From the NCBI GenBank assembly GCA_042408665.1, contig JBHOQW010000252.1, positions 16,718-80,717 of the forward strand: 64,000 nt of DNA, given 5' to 3'. Made by a program: the position numbers and the translations under genes. The DNA is from Dehalococcoidia bacterium. Lineage in GTDB: Bacteria; Chloroflexota; Dehalococcoidia; CAUJGQ01. The notes under the pieces were generated by a model that saw only the letters and a program-made list of their open reading frames with translations, did not search any database and was not told the origin of the DNA. The first letter of the stretch is position 1; the number at the start of each line of letters is the position of its first letter. Below, in pieces: positions 25,950-35,140 of the stretch.

Positions 25950-26671
25950 GCGTGGTGGCGCGTGTGTTCCTGTTTGATATCGACCTGACCCTGATCCGTA
26001 CCAACGGCGCGGGTAGCGCGGCGATGGAGGCTACCGTGCGCGAGATGCTCGGCGTGCGCGACGCCTTTGCCGGCATGCGGTTCGCCGGGCGCACGGATCG
26101 GGCCATCCTTCGCGAGGCGCTCACGCGCTGTAGTCGGTTGGACGACGGCTTCGACCGGTTCTGCGTCGAGTTTGAGGCCCGCTACCTCGGTCACCTGCGC
26201 CGCGAGCTGGCCGCGCGCAACGGGGTGGTGCTGCCCGGCGTGCCGGAACTCCTCGACGCGGTGGCAGCGCTGCCCGGTGCCCGGCTCGGGCTGGCCACGG
26301 GCAATTTCCGCCGTGCCGCCGAGGCTAAGCTGCGCCATTTCGGCCTGTGGGGGCGCTTTCTCGACGGCGGCTTCGCCGAGGACGGTGAGGAGCGGGCGGA
26401 CCTGGTGGCCGCAGCGGTGGCACGGGTGGGTGCGGGCGCGCCGCACCCCTCCACGGTCTACGTGATCGGCGATAGCGTCCACGACGTCCAGGCGGCCAAG
26501 GCGCACGGCCTGGTGGCGGTCGGCGTCTGCACCGGTGAGTGCTCGGCCGAGGAGCTGCGGGCGGCCGGAGCCGACGTGGTCTTCCCAGACCTCTCCGCGA
26601 CGGATGAGGTCCTCGGCCGGTTGCTGCACCTCGCGCCCGGCCGTTCAGCCCCCGGCACGGCGCCGGCGTGA
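25946..26671 (+). CDS. HAD-superfamily phosphatase (phosphoglycolate phosphatase-like)
   Basis: Motif I FDIDLTL, then LATGN and GDSVHDV. GTG start overlaps the upstream stop (GTGA). Confidence 0.75.
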   Translation: MSVVARVFLFDIDLTLIRTNGAGSAAMEATVREMLGVRDAFAGMRFAGRTDRAILREALTRCSRLDDGFDRFCVEFEARYLGHLRRELAARNGVVLPGVPELLDAVAALPGARLGLATGNFRRAAEAKLRHFGLWGRFLDGGFAEDGEERADLVAAAVARVGAGAPHPSTVYVIGDSVHDVQAAKAHGLVAVGVCTGECSAEELRAAGADVVFPDLSATDEVLGRLLHLAPGRSAPGTAPA

Positions 26672-26690
26672 ACGGCATAGCTTGCGGTGG

Positions 26691-27260
26691 CTACGTCGTC
26701 CGCCGCCGGAGCCGGATGAGCCAGGCCCCACCGCCCGTCACCCCGGCAAGGATGAGCCAGGCAAGCAGGCCGGGGACCGCGTCACCGGTCACGGTGCCCG
26801 CCCCCACGCGCGGTGCCCCGGCCGGTGCGGCCTGGCCCGCCCCTGCCACCGTGAACTGCACCCGGTCCTGCACGGAAGGCGATAGCGGCACGTGGTCCGT
26901 ACGCGTCAGCACCACCCACACCGTGTGCACGCCCGGCGTGAGGTTGCTGAGCGGCACGGTGAGGTCCGCCGTGTGGATGATGTCCGCCCGCCCCGTCGGG
27001 ATGGGCTGGCCGGGCTGGACCACGGTGGCGGGGTCGACGTCGATAAAGATGTGGTAGTGGAAGGCGTCCGGGTCACCGGCGCTGGCGGGCTTGACCGTGA
27101 CCCCGGTGATCGCCACGGTGAGGTTCACCGGGGGAGCCACCGTGGCACCGTTGGCCGGGGCTGTGATGCGAATGGAGCCGGCCTGTTGCGCTTGGGCGCT
27201 GGTCACGGTCAGGCTCCAGGCGAGGACGGCAAACGCGAGCAGGCCGGTAACGGAACGCAT
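26691..27260 (-). CDS. secreted DUF4399-like protein with C-terminal transmembrane anchor
   Basis: Signal peptide ending SAQA. FHYHIFIDVD and PGVHTVW resemble the DUF4399 pattern. The C-terminus is a Gly-rich linker, a hydrophobic helix and RLRRRTT. Confidence 0.55.
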   Translation of the reverse strand: MRSVTGLLAFAVLAWSLTVTSAQAQQAGSIRITAPANGATVAPPVNLTVAITGVTVKPASAGDPDAFHYHIFIDVDPATVVQPGQPIPTGRADIIHTADLTVPLSNLTPGVHTVWVVLTRTDHVPLSPSVQDRVQFTVAGAGQAAPAGAPRVGAGTVTGDAVPGLLAWLILAGVTGGGAWLIRLRRRTT

Positions 27261-27350
27261 GATCGCACGTCTCCTCTCACGTCACGGTGGTGGCGCGCTG
27301 AACGTCGGCCAGGCCGGACGCGGCTCCGCGGGCATCGGACGGGCCTGCGC

Positions 27351-27500
27351 TCAGGCCGTACCGGGTGCCGGCTGCTCGGCCTCGTGCGTCGCCGGTTCAA
27401 ACCCCTCGTCGAGGAGATCGTCCTGGCCGTGGCCCGTAAGCCGCTTCCAGGCGAAGAAAGCCCCCACTGCGAGTCCGGCGATGATGAAGAGCCTGCGCAT
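27351..27500 (-). CDS. small single-pass membrane protein (49 aa)
   Basis: ATG at 27500 after GGGAGG. MRRLFIIAGLAVGAFFAWKRL followed by an acidic tail. Confidence 0.4.
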   Translation of the reverse strand: MRRLFIIAGLAVGAFFAWKRLTGHGQDDLLDEGFEPATHEAEQPAPGTA

Positions 27501-27629
27501 TGGAACCTCCCAGTCCGCCGTGGGCACGGCTTTCCACCGCCGTGCACCTCGTGCCATCCTAGCACGCCGCTGCCCGGCGGACACCATTCGAGCGGGGAAT
27601 TGGGGCGCGGACAGGACGGGCGGGCACCA

Positions 27630-28382
27630 TCATGACGTGGGCGGCTCCTCGGGCGGCGCATCCAGGGAGATGATGCCTTTACGGATGGCGTAGCGAATAA
27701 GGTCGGTGGTGCGCTGGGCACCCAGTTTGGCCATGATATGCGCCTTGTGCGCCTCCACCGTTTTGACGCTGAGGAACAGCTTTTCGGCGATACTCTGGTT
27801 GGGGTAGCCCTCGGCGACCAGTTGCAGGATCTCCCGCTCTCGGGGGGTGAGGCTGTCGGCGGCATCGTCCGGCCGCTGGGCGCGGATGAGCAGATCGATG
27901 GGGCTCCGGCCGTCGGCCAGGGCTGCGCTGATGTACGGATTGCCGCGATGCACGGCCTGGATCGCCACCAGCAGCTCCTGCACGTCGGATCGCTTCAGCA
28001 CAAAACCGGCCGCCCCTGCCCGGAGCGCCTCGATCAGCCGCTCCTCGTCGGCGTAGCCGCTCAGCACCAGGACGCGCACACCGCGCACTCGTTGCGTGAG
28101 CTGCCGTGTGGCATCGATGCCGTTGAGACCGGGCATCGCCAGATCCATGAGCACCACGTCGGGCTGCAACTTCTCGGCCAGCTCGACCGCCTCGCGCCCA
28201 TCACCGACGTCGCCCACGACCTCCACTTCGTCGTGCGTTTCCAGGAGCAACCGCAAGGCCTGGCGCAGCACTGCGTGATCGTCGGCGAGCAGGACACGGA
28301 TCCGATGTTTCGAGCTATCCTGCATGGCGGCGAGCGCGCGTCGCGCGCGCTCCCGGTGCGTCGCCGGCTGCTCAACCATCAC
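27630..28382 (-). CDS. NarL/FixJ-family response regulator (REC plus LuxR helix-turn-helix); no adjacent kinase
   Basis: IRVLLADDH...DVVLMDLAMPGLNG, and C-terminal LTPREREILQLVAEGYPNQSIAEKLFLSVKTVEAHKAHIMAKLG. Confidence 0.9.
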   Translation of the reverse strand: MMVEQPATHRERARRALAAMQDSSKHRIRVLLADDHAVLRQALRLLLETHDEVEVVGDVGDGREAVELAEKLQPDVVLMDLAMPGLNGIDATRQLTQRVRGVRVLVLSGYADEERLIEALRAGAAGFVLKRSDVQELLVAIQAVHRGNPYISAALADGRSPIDLLIRAQRPDDAADSLTPREREILQLVAEGYPNQSIAEKLFLSVKTVEAHKAHIMAKLGAQRTTDLIRYAIRKGIISLDAPPEEPPTS

Positions 28383-28609
28383 GCGTATTCACCGCTAGGG
28401 GCCGCTACCGGGAATATTGCGAAACTCCGTGTCAAGGTTAACACGGCATATCAGAGTCCGACAAGGCGATTGACATCACGGACAAGTCACAACGGTCGAC
28501 GCGCGGAACCGGTTCGGTGGCCAACCAACGTCGGTTCCGTGGTGCGAACGACGATCCCGCGGCCGGCGTTTACCGTGGCGAGCGCCGCGCCGGGCGGCAC
28601 GGGGGGGTG

Positions 28610-29284
28610 ATGTCACAGAAACGTCCGCAGTTAGGCTGGTACGATCGCCGCGCCGCCGCCTACGACCGCACGCGACCGGACTTGCCGGGCGAGCGGGAGT
28701 TCTACCGCCACCTCGCACGGACGGCGCACCCGCCGCTGCTGGTGCTGGCCTGCGGCACCGGCCGGATCGCGCTGGCCATCGCGGCCGTGGCGGGGCCGGT
28801 GGTGGGGCTGGACCGGTCGGCCGCCATGCTAGCGGTGGCGCGGGCGGCGGCGAAGGATGTCCCTTTCCTGCACTGGGTGCGCGGCGACATGCGCGCCTTC
28901 GCCTTTCGCTGCCGGTTCGGGCTGATCTGCATCCCGTTCCGCAGCCTGCAGCATCTGCTCACCGACACGGATCCGATCGCTGCTCTGCGCTGCTGTGCCG
29001 AGCATCTCCAGCCGGGCGGTCGACTGGCCTTCAGCCTGAGTAACCCGCAGCCCCTGCGGCGCCTGCTCGCACGCTTTGCCCCGGCGGGGCAGCGGCCCTC
29101 CGCTTCGTCGGCGTTGCGCGGCGGGCATCCACAGGCGCCGGTTCGGTACCGGGAGCCGGACGAGGTCCGCGCCCTGCTTGAAGCCGCCGGCCTTGCGGTC
29201 GAGCGGAGGGACGGCGGCTTTTCGGGGGAGCCGTTGACGCGGCGCAGCATGGAACAGGTGTGGGTAGCGCGACGGCCGGCCTGA
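28610..29284 (+). CDS. class I SAM-dependent methyltransferase
   Basis: Motif I VLACGTGR. ATG at 28610. Confidence 0.7.
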   Translation: MSQKRPQLGWYDRRAAAYDRTRPDLPGEREFYRHLARTAHPPLLVLACGTGRIALAIAAVAGPVVGLDRSAAMLAVARAAAKDVPFLHWVRGDMRAFAFRCRFGLICIPFRSLQHLLTDTDPIAALRCCAEHLQPGGRLAFSLSNPQPLRRLLARFAPAGQRPSASSALRGGHPQAPVRYREPDEVRALLEAAGLAVERRDGGFSGEPLTRRSMEQVWVARRPA

Positions 29285-29290
29285 GCGGCG

Positions 29291-29866
29291 CTACACCTCG
29301 GAGAGAGGGTAAACCAGGAACAGCAGGTCGTGCGGGGTGCCGTCCGGTCCCACGAGGTGGTCGGGGATGGTGGCCACCAGGCGAAAGCCGATCTGCTCCA
29401 CCGCCTCCAGCGCGCCGCTCTGGGCGCGGGCCACGATCTCGGCCTCGAGCTTGGCCAGACCGGCCGCGGCCGCGATTTCGCACAGCTCTACCAACAAGGC
29501 GTAAGCCAGGCCACGGCCACGGTAGGCGGGCGCCACCACCACGCGCACCTCGCCCAAGTGGTGGCGCGCGCCGTAGCCGCGCCGGTGCAGGGTGGCATCG
29601 GCGACGATCCGGTCATCGACCAGGGCCACCAGGGGCAAGACGCGGTCGTAATCGAGGTCTACGGTCCAGCGGCGGATCACCGCGGGGTCGGACACGTTCT
29701 CCCGCAGCCACCACCGGTCCTCAGCCGGAATCCCGCGGAAAAAGGCGAGGAGGGCGGCCTGGTCCGTGGGCCGTAGGGGACGCACCGTCACCGTCGTCCC
29801 GTCGGTCAACGTCACCGTTTTCGGGTACCCGTCCAGCAAGACGCGCGTTGGCAGCAGCTCTCCCAT
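29291..29866 (-). CDS. GNAT-family N-acetyltransferase
   Basis: VVVAPAYRGRGLAYALL is the acetyl-CoA-binding pattern. Confidence 0.75.
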   Translation of the reverse strand: MGELLPTRVLLDGYPKTVTLTDGTTVTVRPLRPTDQAALLAFFRGIPAEDRWWLRENVSDPAVIRRWTVDLDYDRVLPLVALVDDRIVADATLHRRGYGARHHLGEVRVVVAPAYRGRGLAYALLVELCEIAAAAGLAKLEAEIVARAQSGALEAVEQIGFRLVATIPDHLVGPDGTPHDLLFLVYPLSEV

Positions 29867-29925
29867 GGCAGCCCCTGATTGCTACACGTCACCGCACCGT
29901 GCATCGTGAAGCGGTGCACAGGCCC

Positions 29926-29954
29926 TTGACACGGCGTTAACGTGTTTGTAACAT
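29926..29954 (+). promoter_or_regulatory. putative promoter (TTGACA-17 nt-TAACAT)
   Basis: TTGACA at 29926-29931, a 17-nt spacer, TAACAT at 29949-29954. It sits about 190 nt upstream of the zinc-ribbon ORF. Confidence 0.5.
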
Positions 29955-30147
29955 GTGCGCGCAATCACAAACGAGTGCCCCCGCTGGGCACAGGGCCCGG
30001 CCGGTCCACCGGGCGTAAGCTCCCCGCCCCGATCCGCCGGCGGCCGAGGCGAAGCCGCCGTATCCCGTGTCTCGCAGCAACGTGCCTGCTGCTCTCCGGG
30101 CCGAGATGGGCGGCAGGCCGTGGTGACGAGGATAGAGGAGACTGTCC

Positions 30148-30357
30148 ATGCAGGTTAGTGCGCCGCCCCGCGTCTGCCCCCGCTGTCGTGGCTCCATGGT
30201 AAACGAGCGCGACCTCTACGGCGCCTACAGCAGTTGTATCTGCTGCGGGTACGTGCACGAATGGGTCACCTCACCCGCTATCGATCTGCCGGTGGAAAGC
30301 GAGGGGCCGACCCGTCAGCGCCGTCGTCAGCCGTCCCACGGTAAGCTTCGTCTCTAA
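30148..30357 (+). CDS. small zinc-ribbon protein (69 aa)
   Basis: CPRC...17 residues...CICC arrangement, basic C-terminal tail, GAGGAG ribosome-binding site 7 nt upstream. Third-position GC is only moderately high. Confidence 0.5.
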   Translation: MQVSAPPRVCPRCRGSMVNERDLYGAYSSCICCGYVHEWVTSPAIDLPVESEGPTRQRRRQPSHGKLRL

Positions 30358-30449
30358 GCGTAAGCGTCGCATCGGGCGCGGCAGGGCATCCTCCGTGGTC
30401 CTGCCGCGCCGTGGCGCTTGGCCAGCGCGGCGGCCACCGGCACGGCCGC

Positions 30450-30929
30450 TTACAAGATCTTCTCCATCACCACGACGTCCACCCAACGGCCGTCGAGCAA
30501 CCCCTGCTCGTGGTAGGTTCCCACGGTGCGGAAGCCACAGCGGCGGTAAAGGCGCATGCCGGCCTCGTTGAACGGAAACGCGGCCAGAACCAGCTTGTGG
30601 TAGCCGATCTCCCGCGCCCGCTGCTCCAGCGCCGTGAGCAGCAGGCGGCCGATGCCGCTGCCCCGCCGTTCGCGCGCCACGTAGACCGAGATATCAGCGA
30701 CGGAGTCGTAGACCGCTCGTGGGTTGAACACGTTCAATGAGGCCCAGCCCACGACCTGGCCCTGCTCTTCCGCCACCAGCACACGGTGGCGCGGGCTGCG
30801 CGCCACCAGCCACGCCGCCCGCTCGCCAGCGGTGCGCAGCTCCGTCTCCAGTGTGGCGATGCGGTCCTCGATGCCCTGATTGTAAATGCGCGCGATTGCC
30901 TCGGCGTCGGCTACGGTTGCAGCTCGCAC
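30450..30929 (-). CDS. GNAT acetyltransferase, phosphinothricin-acetyltransferase-like
   Basis: ATVADAEAIARIYNQGIEDRIATLETE and ARERRGSGIGRLLL. Start taken as GTG 30929 (GGGGAG upstream); the track ORF extends to 31025. Confidence 0.7.
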   Translation of the reverse strand: MRAATVADAEAIARIYNQGIEDRIATLETELRTAGERAAWLVARSPRHRVLVAEEQGQVVGWASLNVFNPRAVYDSVADISVYVARERRGSGIGRLLLTALEQRAREIGYHKLVLAAFPFNEAGMRLYRRCGFRTVGTYHEQGLLDGRWVDVVVMEKIL

Positions 30930-31019
30930 CCGTGGGCCGCTCCCCGTTTCACCCCCCGACACGTTCCTTGACCCTCCTCGGTGGAACTGATAGAGTGGCG
31001 CCACAACTGCATAGTATCG

Positions 31020-31225
<206 letters not shown>

Positions 31226-31230
31226 TTTTC

Positions 31231-32325
31231 ATGACGGCCGCACCTGAGGAGGCCCCCAGCAGAGCCGGGGTGTCCTCTCTCCCCCACAACGGCGCCGCAG
31301 TCCTCCGGCCAGCGGCCCTGCCGCTGGCGGTGGCGATGCTGCTGCTGTGCACCGTCACCGTCCTGGCGCTGTTTGCCGGGCCGGTGCGCGTGGCCCCCAA
31401 TGCGGTCCTGGCCATCCTGCTGGCGCGGCTCACCGGCATCCACGTGGGCACCTGGCCCACCGGGGCCGAGCAGATCGTGTGGCAGATCCGCGCGCCGCGT
31501 GTGGTGCTGGCCGGGATGGTCGGCGCCACGCTGGCCGCCACGGGTGCCGCCTACCAGGGCGTGTTCCGCAACCCGCTGGCCGAGCCGTATCTCATCGGCG
31601 TGGCGGCGGGCGCCGGTCTGGGCGCGACGATCGTTTTCGTCTCGCCCCTGTCGGGCGCGTGGCACGGCCTCAGCCTGGTAACCCCGGCCGCCTTTCTCGG
31701 CGCGATGGCGGCCGTGCTGGTGGCTATGGCCGTGTCGCGCGCCGCTCGCCTCACCTACGGTGTTGGTCTCGTGCTGGCCGGCGTGGCCGTGGCGGCGGTG
31801 TGCAACGCCGTGACCTCCTTCCTGCTCATGGCCCATAACGCCCGTCTCGCCAGCGTGTTCGCCTGGCTGATGGGCGGTTTTACCGCCGGCACGTGGAGCC
31901 GCGCGGGGCTGCTGGCGTTGTACGCGTTGCCCTGCCTCTTGGTCCTCGCCCTCCACGCCCGCCTGCTCAACCTCCTCCTGCTCGACGACGAACAGGCCCG
32001 CCACCTGGGCGTCCACGTGGAGCGGGTGCGGCTGGTGGCCCTGATCGCGGCCTCGCTGGCCGCGGCGGCGGCCGTATCGGTGAGCGGGCTCATCGGCTTC
32101 GTGGGGCTGATCGTGCCGCACATCGCCCGTCAGGTCGTGGGCCCCGATCACCGCCGCCTGCTGCCCTTGGCGCTGGTGGGCGGCGCCACGTTGCTCATCC
32201 TGGCCGACCTGGTGGCGCGCGTGGCCGTCGCCCCCTCGGAGATGCCGGTGGGCGTCGTCACCGCCTTCCTAGGCGGCCCGTTCTTCCTGTACCTGCTCTG
32301 GCGCGGGCGGAGGACCGTATGGTAG
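31231..32325 (+). CDS. FecCD/BtuC-family ABC permease (cobalamin/corrinoid or siderophore type)
   Basis: Polytopic, with the family pattern RAPRVVLAGMVGA...GAAYQGVFRNPLAEPYLIGV and VGVVTAFLGGPFFLYLL. First gene after the B12 riboswitch. Confidence 0.85.
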   Translation: MTAAPEEAPSRAGVSSLPHNGAAVLRPAALPLAVAMLLLCTVTVLALFAGPVRVAPNAVLAILLARLTGIHVGTWPTGAEQIVWQIRAPRVVLAGMVGATLAATGAAYQGVFRNPLAEPYLIGVAAGAGLGATIVFVSPLSGAWHGLSLVTPAAFLGAMAAVLVAMAVSRAARLTYGVGLVLAGVAVAAVCNAVTSFLLMAHNARLASVFAWLMGGFTAGTWSRAGLLALYALPCLLVLALHARLLNLLLLDDEQARHLGVHVERVRLVALIAASLAAAAAVSVSGLIGFVGLIVPHIARQVVGPDHRRLLPLALVGGATLLILADLVARVAVAPSEMPVGVVTAFLGGPFFLYLLWRGRRTVW

Positions 32326-33116
32326 CCGCACCGGCCGCCACGACGCTCGACCTCGTGGTCGAAGGGGTATCCGCAGGCTACGGCGACCGCCTGGTGCTGC
32401 GCGATGTGTCGTTGGTCGTGGCGGCCGGTGAGGTGGTGGGCGTGATCGGGCCGAACGGCAGCGGCAAGTCGACGCTCATCCGCGTGATCACGCGCCTCGT
32501 ACCCGCGCGCGCCGGCCGCGTGCTGCTGGGCGGGCGGCCGGTGGAGAGCTACGGGGTGGCCGAACTGGCGCGCACTGTGGCGGTGGTGCCGCAGGGCGCC
32601 GTCCTGCCCGAAGGGTTCACCGGGCTGGAGGTGGCGCTGCTCGGGCGCACGCCGCATCTGAGGCTCCTGCAAACGGAGAGTCGTCACGATGTCGCCATTG
32701 CCCGTGCGGCGCTGGCCCGCTGCGACGCCCTGCACCTGGCGGAGCGGCGCGTGGGCGAGATGTCCGGCGGCGAGCGGCAGCGGCTGCTCGTCGCCCGGGC
32801 GCTGGCCCAGCAGCCTCGTCTCCTGCTGCTGGACGAGCCAACCGCATATTTGGACCTCACCCACCAGGCGGCGCTGTGCGCGCTCGTGGTCGAGCGCTGT
32901 CGGCAGGACGGCCTGGCCGCCCTCCTGGTGCTGCACGATCTCACGCTGGCGGCGCAGTTCTGCGACCGCCTGGTGCTGCTCGGCGAGGGCCGGGTGCTGG
33001 CGCAGGGTGCCCCGGCCGAGGTGCTGCACCCGGAGCGGCTGTCGCGGGCCTACGGCGGGCCGGTGAGCGTGATGCCGCACCCACGCACGGGCCGACCCGT
33101 GGTGGTGCCCGTGTAA
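32319..33116 (+). CDS. ABC transporter ATP-binding protein (BtuD/FepC type)
   Basis: Walker A GPNGSGKST, signature MSGGERQR, Walker B LLLLDEP. Overlaps the permease stop. Confidence 0.9.
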   Translation: MVAAPAATTLDLVVEGVSAGYGDRLVLRDVSLVVAAGEVVGVIGPNGSGKSTLIRVITRLVPARAGRVLLGGRPVESYGVAELARTVAVVPQGAVLPEGFTGLEVALLGRTPHLRLLQTESRHDVAIARAALARCDALHLAERRVGEMSGGERQRLLVARALAQQPRLLLLDEPTAYLDLTHQAALCALVVERCRQDGLAALLVLHDLTLAAQFCDRLVLLGEGRVLAQGAPAEVLHPERLSRAYGGPVSVMPHPRTGRPVVVPV

Positions 33117-33139
33117 GGCGCGACCGGTAACCGAAGGGA

Positions 33140-33685
33140 GTGAAGGCGATGACCGATGAGCGCACGCGCCGGCCCGGGCTGGTGATCGTGCATACGGGCC
33201 ACGGCAAGGGCAAGACCACCGCCGCCTTGGGGCTCATGTTCCGGGCGTGGGGGCGCGGTTGGAGGGTGGCGATGCTCCAGTTCATCAAGCACGAGACGGC
33301 CAACTTCGGCGAGCACCGCGCCGCCCGCCGCACTGGCATGGAGATCGTGCCGCTCGGGGCCGGCTTCACCTGGCTGTCCAAGGACATCGAGAAGGACAAA
33401 GCCCTGGCGCGGGCCTGCTGGGAACGCTGCAAAACGTACCTGCTGAGCGGTGACTATGACCTCGTGGTGCTGGACGAGATCACCTACCCGCTCACCTACG
33501 GCTGGCTGCCGCTGGACGAGGTGGTGGAGGCGCTGCGCGCACGGCCCCCGTACGTGCACGTGGTGCTCACCGGCCGCGACGCACCTCCGGAGCTGATCGA
33601 CGTCGCCGACCTGGTCACCGAGATGCGGGAGGTCAAGCATCCTTACCAGCGCGGCGTCAAGGCGCAGCCGGGCATCGAGTTCTGA
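33140..33685 (+). CDS. cobO: cob(I)yrinic acid a,c-diamide adenosyltransferase
   Basis: VHTGHGKGKTTAALG and DEITYP motifs. Alternative ATG at 33149. Confidence 0.9.
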   Translation: MKAMTDERTRRPGLVIVHTGHGKGKTTAALGLMFRAWGRGWRVAMLQFIKHETANFGEHRAARRTGMEIVPLGAGFTWLSKDIEKDKALARACWERCKTYLLSGDYDLVVLDEITYPLTYGWLPLDEVVEALRARPPYVHVVLTGRDAPPELIDVADLVTEMREVKHPYQRGVKAQPGIEF

Positions 33686-33708
33686 AAACCGCGAGCGGAG
33701 AGAGGTGT

Positions 33709-35088
33709 GTGAAGAGGCGGACGCGGGGCCTGGTCATCGCCGGCACGGCCAGCGGCGTGGGCAAGACGACCGTCACCGCGGGCGTGGTGGCGGCGCTGCG
33801 GCGACGTGGCTTGCGCGTGCAACCTTTCAAGGCGGGGCCGGACTACATCGACCCGTCGTACCACACGGTCGCCGCCGGCCGCCCCTGCCGCAACCTGGAC
33901 GCCTGGATGCTGGCGCCGCCGGTTCTAGCCGAGTTGTTCGCGCGGGCCTGCGCCGGCGCCGACGTGGCCGTCGTCGAGGGGGTGATGGGCCTGTTCGACG
34001 GCCGCCGCGGCGGACATGAGGAGGGCAGCACGGCACAGGTGGCCAAGCTCCTCGGTCTGCCGGTGGTGCTGGTGCTGGACGCGGGCGGCATGGCGCGCAG
34101 CGCCGCCGCTACGGTGCTCGGCTACTGTCGCTTTGACCCCGCGCTGCGCGTGGCCGGCGTCGTGCTGAACAACATCGGCTCGCCCGGCCACTACCAGATG
34201 TGCCGGGATGCCATCGAGGCGACGACGGGCGTCCCCACCCTCGGCTATCTGCCCCGTCGGCCGGACCTGACGCTGCCCGAGCGCCACCTGGGCCTGATCC
34301 CGACCGTGGAGGGTTCTGCCGGCCGCGCCTTCTTCGACGCGCTGGCGACCTGCGCCGCCACGCACCTCGACCTGGACAACCTGCTGCGACTGGCCGTACC
34401 GGTGCGGGAACCGGCGGCGCCGATCATCTTCCCGGAACAGGCGCTGCCGCCACGCGTCCGCATCGCGGTGGCCGTGGACCGCGCCTTCAGCTTCTACTAC
34501 GAGGACTCGCTCGACCTGCTGCGCGCCTGGGGGGCGGAGGTAGTGCCGTTCAGCCCGCTGAGCGACACCCGGTTGCCGGACGACGTCGGCGGGGTGTACA
34601 TCGGCGGCGGCTTTCCGGAGCTGTACGCGGCGGAGCTGGCCGCCAACCGACCGATGCACGAGGCGCTGCGCGGGGCGGCGGTCCGCGGCCTGCCCATCTA
34701 CGCCGAGTGCGGTGGCCTCATGTACCTGGGCACGGCCATCGAGGACTTCGACGGGCGCGTGCACCCCATGGTGGGCCTGGTGCCGGCCCGCTCACGCCTG
34801 CAGGGCAGCCGCCTCACCCTCGGCTACCGCACGGCACGCGCGCGCCGTGCCACCCCCCTCCTGGCCGAGGGCCAAGCCGTGCGCGGCCACGAGTTTCACT
34901 GGTCCGCGCTCGAGCGGCCGCCGACCGCCGCGGAGGCGGTCTACGACCTAGAGGAGACCGGCAGCGTGGAGGGGTTTGCCACCGGCTCCGTGGTGGCCAC
35001 GTACATCCACCTGCACTTGGGCGCCGCCCCGGGCATGGCGGCGCGCTGGGTGGACACCTGCGCCCGCGCCCACGCGCAGCAGGGTTGA
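33709..35088 (+). CDS. cbiA: cobyrinic acid a,c-diamide synthase
   Basis: GTASGVGKTTVT, PDYIDP, and C-terminal glutamine amidotransferase domain with AECGGLMYL. Confidence 0.9.
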   Translation: MKRRTRGLVIAGTASGVGKTTVTAGVVAALRRRGLRVQPFKAGPDYIDPSYHTVAAGRPCRNLDAWMLAPPVLAELFARACAGADVAVVEGVMGLFDGRRGGHEEGSTAQVAKLLGLPVVLVLDAGGMARSAAATVLGYCRFDPALRVAGVVLNNIGSPGHYQMCRDAIEATTGVPTLGYLPRRPDLTLPERHLGLIPTVEGSAGRAFFDALATCAATHLDLDNLLRLAVPVREPAAPIIFPEQALPPRVRIAVAVDRAFSFYYEDSLDLLRAWGAEVVPFSPLSDTRLPDDVGGVYIGGGFPELYAAELAANRPMHEALRGAAVRGLPIYAECGGLMYLGTAIEDFDGRVHPMVGLVPARSRLQGSRLTLGYRTARARRATPLLAEGQAVRGHEFHWSALERPPTAAEAVYDLEETGSVEGFATGSVVATYIHLHLGAAPGMAARWVDTCARAHAQQG

Positions 35089-35140
35089 GTGCCTGTACGA
35101 CGCGATACCGCCCGAATCGAAATCGAGGAGGAGTTCACCC

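Noticed and set aside
26691-26800. C-terminal tail of the DUF4399-like protein as an LPXTG, PEP-CTERM or GlyGly-CTERM signal linked to the rhomboid at 41267
   Set aside because: No LPXTG or PEP motif is present. The rhomboid is 14 kb away in an unrelated context and looks like a generic GlpG-type enzyme. The tail is kept only as a low-interest observation.
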